Source of the DNA: Callorhinchus milii
Taxonomy: Eukaryota
Direction of reading: 5' to 3'
DNA length: 64,000 nt
Assembly: GCF_018977255.1 (NCBI RefSeq)
Contig: NW_024704742.1
Span: forward strand, 21,888,001 to 21,952,000
Made by a program: the position numbers and the translations under genes. Below the pieces are notes generated by a model. That model was not told where the DNA came from. It was given only the letters and a program-made list of their open reading frames with translations, and searched no databases. Shown one piece after another: positions 38,601 to 47,600 of the stretch. Each line of letters opens with the position of its first letter. Position 1 is the stretch's first letter.

Positions 38601-41600
38601 TCAAACAGCTGTGATCGTAAGAACGGCCCCTATTACTACAGGTAAAGCTCAGGTTTTGCTCTGCCAAATACAAATTGTGCTTAATGTTGGAATGTATGCA
38701 CGAGGGGGAAGGGAATACATATATAAGGGAGAAGGGAAAAGAGGGGTAGGAGGGGAAATTAGAGATTGAAGAATTAGGATGGACAGAGGCTCGTGTGGTG
38801 CGTGAACACCAGTGCGGACTAGTTGTCCGAATGGCATATTCCGGTGCTGTAGATTTCATGATATTTTACATAATTCTAGATATTTCAAATATTACGTGCA
38901 CATTGAAAGAGATGGGAGATGACAATGTTTTATATATTGCAGCTGCCATGTTTGTGGATTTGAGACTGAGCTGAACCTGCAGTTTGTCAGCCACATGTCT
39001 GTGCATGTAGATAAGGAGCAGTGGATGTTTTCGCTGTGCTGCAATACCTGTAACTTTGCCTGCATGGAGGAAATGGAGATGAAGGCTCATGTGGATGCAG
39101 CACATGGAGGTAACTAAGACAGGCTAGCTACTGCTCAGATGTTAGTGTTTAGACTTATACATATTATGCGCTTGTGTTCCTCCGCCTCGTCCCCTCTTAA
39201 TCTTTGAACTCCACCTTAAAATCTACCTCTTCAACTCACCTATGATCACCTCCCCCACTGCCTTCTTGCATGGCGTCCAACTCCGCCATTGTACAACGTT
39301 CCAAGATTCCATCTGGTATGAAAGGCGCTATATAAATGCAAATCGTTATTGTTGTAGCTCTCCGAGAGGCTGCCCTGCATGAGCAACAATTTGCATTTAT
39401 ATAGCACCCTTACATAAGGTGCTGTACAGTAAAACTCGCATAAGTCTTATTTTTATAAAGAGTATAATCACCTAAGTTGTACATGCACCCGAGTCCCATT
39501 CAGTTTCCTACCAAAAAACACTTAAGATTTTATTTTAATTTATAATAATTTTATAATTATTATAAAATAATATAATTATTTATTTTATAAAGCAAATCAT
39601 CTTCTAACTCATAACTCCGCTACTGCACTTACCAGCTGTATTGAATCACAGAAAATAAAGTTCTGACCCGTCGACGCTTGTGCACTTACCGGCTACATTG
39701 AAGGTCGCAGGCACAGTGTAGATTATTAACTAAATTTTGTACAAGTTTGTGTTGCAAGATTTTGTGTAACTCATACTTTGCATAAGTCATATTATGATCC
39801 CGACTGATAAAACTTATGTCAGTTTTACTGTAAAACTCTTGATGATGCGGTTCTTCCAAACCTTGTCGCATGTTAGGTTGCATTTATACTCTGTAACCCC
39901 CTAATGCCAGAAAGAAAATCCAGTAATGGCCATAGTAATTGATTTGAATGCACACCAGATATCCCCAAAAACCTAACCATTTGGTTGGATAGTTCAGACT
40001 TGAATTGTCTGGTGGTTAGAATAGAAGCATGGAGAAGCCTGCTGAATTATTGAATATAAACCTTTTTATTATTCAGGAAATTCAATTCTTAAAATTTAAT
40101 AATGCTTCAACCATTCAAATTAAGTATGAAATTGGTCCAACTAAAATAAAATTGGTCACTCACTCCATGGCAGTTTGGGTGACATTGCTGTGCGCAACTG
40201 GCTGCCACGTTTCACCCACACAATACACAGTCAATTCACTTTATATTATATCCTGTGAAACGTTTTGCGATGTGTCAACGATGTGTTAAGGCGGTATATC
40301 AAATGCAAGGATTATTTTTATGAATTACTTGGTGATAGTTTTTAAAGATTTTTTGAAATAACATTTTTTTCTCCCTCTTGAAATGCTATATTAAATATAT
40401 TCGGGTTGACAAAAACTCCAAATTATACTCTTTGACTGTTTAGGTCAGTGGTGGCCAATCTTTATGGTCAGCCAACAAAATAAATTTCCTTGATTTAATA
40501 TTTCTTGGTTTATGCCACAAGTCAAGGAAAAACTGAAAACATACTACTGATCGAACACGGACTTACCTTGAGTCGTGTGAAGCATATGCCAGAAGGGAGA
40601 AAATTAGAAACGTTAAAATAAAAAAAGCTAAAAAGGTTCCTTTTCAGGAAAGATCTAACGGTAATGCTCTTTCTGGACATGAGTGTATTTGACATTTCTA
40701 CAGATCACAAGGTCCGAACGCCTTCCACTCTCAGCCCCACCAGTGAATCCAAGGCAAATCCATCATTCTCTTCATCTTCCTCCTCATCTTCATCCTCGAC
40801 ACTTTGCGATTTTGTCACTGATTGTGAAATCCCCAGCTCTATTGTGAGCAATGAGGATCTCGGTCCTTTATTCAACCCTCCTTCAGCATCCAGCGGGTCA
40901 TCTACATCCGGCTCAGAGGAAAAAGCTGAGAAAGGTGAGGGAGTGCTTGCCGCATAATAATTCAGGTCAATATTTACAATCTCTGCATGTGATTTTGCTG
41001 CTTGCTTTTAGATGTTTTGTGCTGAGCCATTTAATAATAGCATTTAATAACGTTTCACCCACAAATACACAGTCAATCTATTTTATAATATATTCTGTGA
41101 AAGGCTTCGAGATATCTCAAAGATGTGATAAGGCGCTGTATTGAATAGAAGGATTATTATTACTATTAATAAGCTTCTTAACTACGTAATGCCAAATTTG
41201 GTTGTGAGAAGTTTGTTTTTGCTGCTAGCCTGTGGCTTCTAGACAGGCTAGAGTAGTTTAATATCTAGTGGCTGTGTGTTTTTAAATGGTATTCTGAATG
41301 GTTGGGAATCATTCAGAAGAGATTGAGTGAGTTTGCAGCGTTGGCCGCAGTTCCAGGATGATCATTCAAGGTGTGTTGAGGATACAAGCAGAGTGGATCT
41401 AGCCAGCCTGCTGTTACTTTTGGTCTTGAGGATACGAGCAGAGCAGGTCTAGCCAGCCTGCTGTTACTTTTGGGTCTGTGGAGATCATTGCTGATTAAAG
41501 CGGGCCTTGAGCTAAGAGCTCATACTCTCAAGGTCTGAGCTGCAGTCTGCGGCTGGTGACCCCGATTCAAATGAGTTCTGAGTTCAGGCAGTGCAGTAAT

Positions 41601-44600
41601 TGGGACGTGAAGCATTGTGTGGACATTTGGATGAAATGCTAAACCTAGACCCTGTCTGCCTTTTCATGTACATGTTAAAGATCATATGATGCTACCTGAA
41701 AAGAGAAGGGAGTATCTTCTGGTGCCCTGGCTAATAATCCCCCAGATAAATTGACCATATATACCTCACGTTTGTGGGGGTTTTCTGCGTGTAAAATAGC
41801 TACTGCAATTGCCTTCAAATAATTGACTAAATTTCCAGTAACCCCCTCCCCCCCACACACACACATACACAATTTTTCACTGAAAAAATAGACCTTGAAA
41901 CATCCCCAGGGTTTTAGTTTGTGAATAACCTCTGGTGAGGTTTTAAGGACCATTAAGATGGAATAGCAGTTCAAAGTTGCACAAATCAATTGACTTTGAG
42001 GGAAAAGAATGAGGCTCTTTCCTCTGTCCAGCAGCATCATGTTTCATTGTTGGCAAACTCTGATGAACACCAGCTTGCCATCTAGTTTTTTTTCCCTTTT
42101 AATCTTGAGTAATGTTACCACCGTCCTAAAATGGTTTGTTTTTTTAAAAAACGAGCTCCCACTGTTGACTGCTGACCGCGTGCGCCTGAGTCATTCGCCA
42201 CAATCTGAAGTGAGCAACGAGCTCCATTGGCAATAACTTTGTAATTCAAAGACAAGTTCCTTTTCAGACAATGAAAGCAACCCGGACCTAATCATCCACT
42301 GCGCGCTGTTTGTGATTTACTTTTACTTTTGTTTTTGCCCTCCTTAGTTTGGGTAGGTTCTGTCACGGACTAAATTGCGTGCAATCTGCAGAAGGATCCG
42401 GAATCTCTTATTTATATTTTATTTTGTTCATAATAGGTCTTAATTTGCTAGTCAGGTGTTTGTCATGCTGGCTCAGTTGGTAGCACTCTCACCTCTGAGT
42501 TCCATGCCGTGGCTTGGAACTCACCTGGAACTTGCATGGCACCTGCAGTGCTGAGGGGTGTTGCATTGCTGTCCTTCGGATGAGACTTTAAACCGAGGCT
42601 CTGTCTATTGTTCAGGTGGACTTTAAAGATCCCATGTGCACTATTGAAAAAGAAACGGGGATTTCTCCCAGTGTCCTGGCCAACAATCTCCCAAATAAAA
42701 TTGGTCATTCACTACATGGGTGTTTGTGGAACATTGTTGTCAAATTGGCTGCTGCATTTTGCCCACGAAACACCCAGTCATACCACTTTACAGTAGCGCT
42801 TTGAGCCGTCTAGAAGACGTGAAAAGAACTATATCAAATGCAAGGATGATGATGATATTCTGGGAAGAGCTTTGGGACATCCTCCTGATGTGAGAGGCAT
42901 TGTATCAAATGTAAGGATTATTATTAGTTTCATTGATCCTTGATTATCGAATCCTTCACCAACGCACTGGACTGAAGCTCCTATTGGTTTCGACTTCCAG
43001 ATTTTTACCAACTGGGCAGGAGGACAGTGTCTGAGCAGAGTTCCTGCCAGATAACCTCCTTCAACACGCAGGAATATCTGCAGTAGCTAAATCAATTTAC
43101 AACTCTCGCAATTTGATGTATAGTTATCTTTTTTCTGCCCACATCTGTAGCTACCCATGAAAAAATGCATCTTGCTAATCAGGGATCTTCAGGGATCGCC
43201 AGTGATGTGAAATTGAATGTCTGTTTGGAAGCAAAACAAGGTGCTTTTTGGAAGCAAAATATAGCTCACAGAAGATATAAATTATACTTCCTTTGCAGTC
43301 TTCCAAACAATATGTGGGAAGGATTATCCTTGGAAAAGTGGATTTCTACCAACCAGTGAGATTGAGAGCCTGACGCTAACTCATTTCGCTTAGGATGCTC
43401 ATAATTAATAAGGGAGAGGACTTCTGTTCTGTCTAGACTGGGCCTAAGATAAAACTGTGTTGTGTTATGTTTCCAGAACGTTACATTTTTGAGCCTGCAA
43501 ACCACAGACTATTGTGTTTTGTGATCCACTTCTTTGTAAAATGGTGAAGCATCTCTGGAGGTGTTCTCGTGTTAAGTAGGAGATTGCATTTTGATAGCTC
43601 CTCTTCGCATTGAGAACCGTCTCAAAGTGCACCACAAGGAATCAGCAAGTGTAGTTATTGCTTTTACAAAGGCAAACCCCACATCCAGTTTGTAAACGGC
43701 AAGATCTCTTAAAAAGGTATGAGGTGAGTGATTAATTATTCAGGAGGATAGTTGTCCAGGTCTCTTACTTCACTTTTCAAATAGTGTTGTGGGATCTTTC
43801 AACTTAAAACGCAGATTGAACCTCGATTTAATGTCTCCGCTGAAGACGGTACCTGTGAATGTGCAATAACATCTTAATAATAATCCTTGCATTTGATATA
43901 GCGCCTTATCACCTCTTCGAGACGTCTCAAAGCATATACTGTGAAGTGAATTGACTGTATATTTAGTGGGTGAAACGTCTTGTGCATGTTGCCAACGCAA
44001 TATATGTTGTTGTTGTTTGCGTTTTAGGGCCCTGGCTAGGAGGCAGGAAGTTTTGAGAGGTTTTGTGAGTGATTAGGCAAGAGAAGAAAGAGTGATGGAG
44101 TATATACAGTGCAAAAGATAGACTGAAGCAGTAAGATTGATTCCCACAGTGACTGGAGAGAAAATGATAGATAATAAAACGGACAGTTCTGTCCACAAAC
44201 TTTTGTTGAGTATATCAATCAGTGGGATTTTCTTGATTTTGTGGTGGTGGTTTTTCTCCCATTTCCCTTCTCTTCTTTCCTCCCCTCCCCCACCCGAACA
44301 CGCTGAAAGGATTCATGCCTTGTGTACTCTTCCACACATAAAGCTTTGGTGGAACCCTTTCCCAGCAGTCATGTTTCTTGAACCTGAGCCAAGTGCCCGT
44401 TAGTCAAGTTACCGTGACTGCTGGCAGTCACTGCTGACCTACAAAACACACAGTCACTACACTTTATGGTAAATCCTGTAACAACAACAACTTACAATTA
44501 TATAACGCCCTTCACAGGAGGTAGGTTCCCGGAGCGTTTAAATCCTGTAAGACGTCCTTCCAACATGAAAGGCGCTATACCGAACGCAAGGATGATTATT

Positions 44601-47600
44601 ATTATTTACTCGAGGGGAGGAGGGACCTGGGCAAATCTGAGCGCAATCCATCCTCGCTCACCCAGTGTTCCTATGGATGTCAGTTCCCAGTGGACGTCAC
44701 CGTGTGGCTGGAGCCCCGGGTTGGTTTGCTGCTCCAGGAGCTCTGATACAGTGTGATGCAAAACAGAGAACTTGCTGTCTCCATTTTAGCTTATCAGGAT
44801 GATGCTCTCCACCCAAACCACGTGAAGCTACACACAAACTAACTTAGTTTACAGAAACGTGTGATCCAGTCAAACTACCATTGGCAATATTACAGCATTA
44901 TTGTACATTGTCACTATGTAAACCAGGCAGCATTGGCTGATGCTGGATTTGAGAAGCATCCATGGGCCTAATAAGTTATATTTTTGTGTTTTCCTTCGAG
45001 AAACATAACCTGCAAGAAGCATATAGAAATCCTATGTTTTCAATTGCATAAGTGTATTAGTTAATTTAACTATTTTGTGTTTAGAATGCAAACTTTTAAG
45101 TCGGCAATGTAAGAATTCACATCAATTCTAAAACAATAATACTGCCAGTGATGAGGTATCTGTCTCTCTGAATCAGTGTGTGTGTATCTCTCTTGTCTGT
45201 CTGCATGTGTCTCTGTATGTGCTTGTCTGAGTGTGTCTGTCTCTCTCCCTGTGTCTCTGTACTTATTTCTCTCTCCGTCCTTGTCTGTGTGTTCGTATCT
45301 CTCACTCTGTGTGTGTGCATGCGTGCTGTGTGTCTCTGTGTACCTCTCTCTCGCTCTGTCGAGAGAGCTGAGCAGAAAAAGCAGTTTACACAGTACGACT
45401 GGCGAGCTGTGTTTCTTTGAAACTCTTAACGGCTCCATGTTTTTGCAGGTTTTGAGTGCGTCTTCTGTAACTTTGTATGTAAAACAAAGATGATGTACGA
45501 GCGTCACCTGCAGATCCACCTGATCACCAGGATGTATGAGTGTGATGTCTGTCACAAGTTCCTGAAGACCCCGGAGCAACTGCTGGAACACAAAAAATGT
45601 CACAACGTCTCCACTGGAGGACTCAAGTAAGGATATCGGGGGTGGGTTTTGTTGAAGGGAGAGACTTTCAAAATCCCATGTAATTGCCAAAATTTATTGC
45701 GTTCGGGGCTTGGGTTTGGCTAATCAAGCAAACTTAACGTAAAACACTAATAAGAATGTCAGCTGGTTTAACAACAAAAACAACAAATTACATTTGTATA
45801 GCACCTTTCACGTCAGGAACAATTTTTTTTTACGAAGATTTATAAAGAATTTACAGCACCGAAACAGGCCACTTGCCCAACCAGTCCGTGCCAGTGTTTA
45901 TACTCACACACGTCTTCACTCATTCCTTACTCCCTACCAAACCCTTATAATCCCCTCTCTCACTCATGTGAAGGTCTAGCTTCCTCTTGAGTACATCTCC
46001 ACTATCTGATTCAACCAGTGCTTCAGGCAGCGAGTTTCGCAATCTCACTACCCTCTGCGTTAAGTAGTTCCTCCTAAGTTTCTTTTCCGTCCCCAAGTCA
46101 CTATTCAGGAATAGCGCTTCCTGTTATACATTGTGTTCTTAATGTGCAGTTTAAACTGAAAGGGATGTGGTCGTGCTTGTGATATTTCACAATCTCATCA
46201 TTGGGATGGAACCATTGGATGCAGGTGGCTTCTCAGAGGAAGACTGAAAATCAGGGGGAATTGGGCACATAACCTGAGCCACTCTGGTCCTTCCAAGAAC
46301 ACAGAGAGAGACACAAAAGGAGAAGAGATTGCAGAATTGTGGCTAAATACTGTAGTGGGTACATCAGTGGGTGCTTAGAGTAGGTCTCCAGCCTGTCACA
46401 TTGATAGGACAAAATACATGGTGCAAGAAAACGATAATAATAATTAATATATATTTTTAAAGTCACCAGTTTCCATAAACCCATTTATGTACAAAATGCA
46501 CACTCACCGCATTTTATAATAAATCATGTGAAGCCCTGAGACAGACATCCTCTCGACAACAAAGGTGCTGTATCAAATACAAGGATTATTATTAATTATT
46601 ATTATTTTATAAATGGAAAAAACATGACCCCTTTGCTAAATAGCATCACAGCAACTTAAATACAACCGTTTTACACTTACATAGTGCATTCTGTGCTCAC
46701 GGTGAAATGTGTCGATATGAAACTTATGTTTGTGCAACTTGTTTGTATTGCTCACAAGCCCGTGAATATCCCTTCTTAAGGCGTATTATTACTTGAAATC
46801 AAACACTAACACGAGGGATAAAATTGATGTTTTGACTTGCAGCTTTTCAAAGCAATCTGTAAATCCTGAAAAGTGTTCCTTCAATGTTCTCGACTATTTT
46901 ACATTGATAAAACACTTGCTATGACTTGACAGATTATCAATCCAATACAAATTTACACATTTCTGTAGTATTGTCGCTACGATAGTTTTGTGTTGGATTC
47001 GAAATGCTTAAAGTAAGGGGAAAAAAATCTTTGAAAGAGAGAGTGCAAATCACCCCAAAGCACCCAACTCACATGTCTTTCCACTCCCTGCAGTATGAAG
47101 CTCGGGTTCATTTTGGAAGCTCTGCAGCCTCTCCGACCTCCTCAGTCCCCAATCCACCACCCGGCGCCTTCACTTGACCAGCGTCCTGCTCGTCCCTCGC
47201 ACCTTCCACCCCACCATCGGAGTTTGCACTTTCAGTCACTACGCCCCGAAACTCTGAAACACTCTCCCTCAAACCCTCCACCTTCCCCCGCTCTCCCCTT
47301 TTTCAAGTCTTACCTGAAAACCTTCCTCTTCGACAGTGCTTACGGCCATCTATGCCCTCCCCACTGGAGTTAGGTTCCGCCACTGTTAAGCGCTCTGAGA
47401 CGCTACTCTGCGTGGAGGGCAATTGCAAATATAAGTCAAGTTGTACAAAATCAAGCCTTTGATTAAATTTTTTTGCACTTGCCTATGGCACTAGGGTGCA
47501 TGGGCCTTTCAAAGAGGAACTTAATCTTGTTTTTATTTATTGACCTTTTTAGAAATAAAAATCAATAGTTTCTCTCTCTAAGTGATTTGACACATACCCT

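Noticed and set aside
45070..45690. 206-aa minus-strand ORF
   Set aside because: Antisense shadow of exon K plus microsatellite-derived low-complexity sequence
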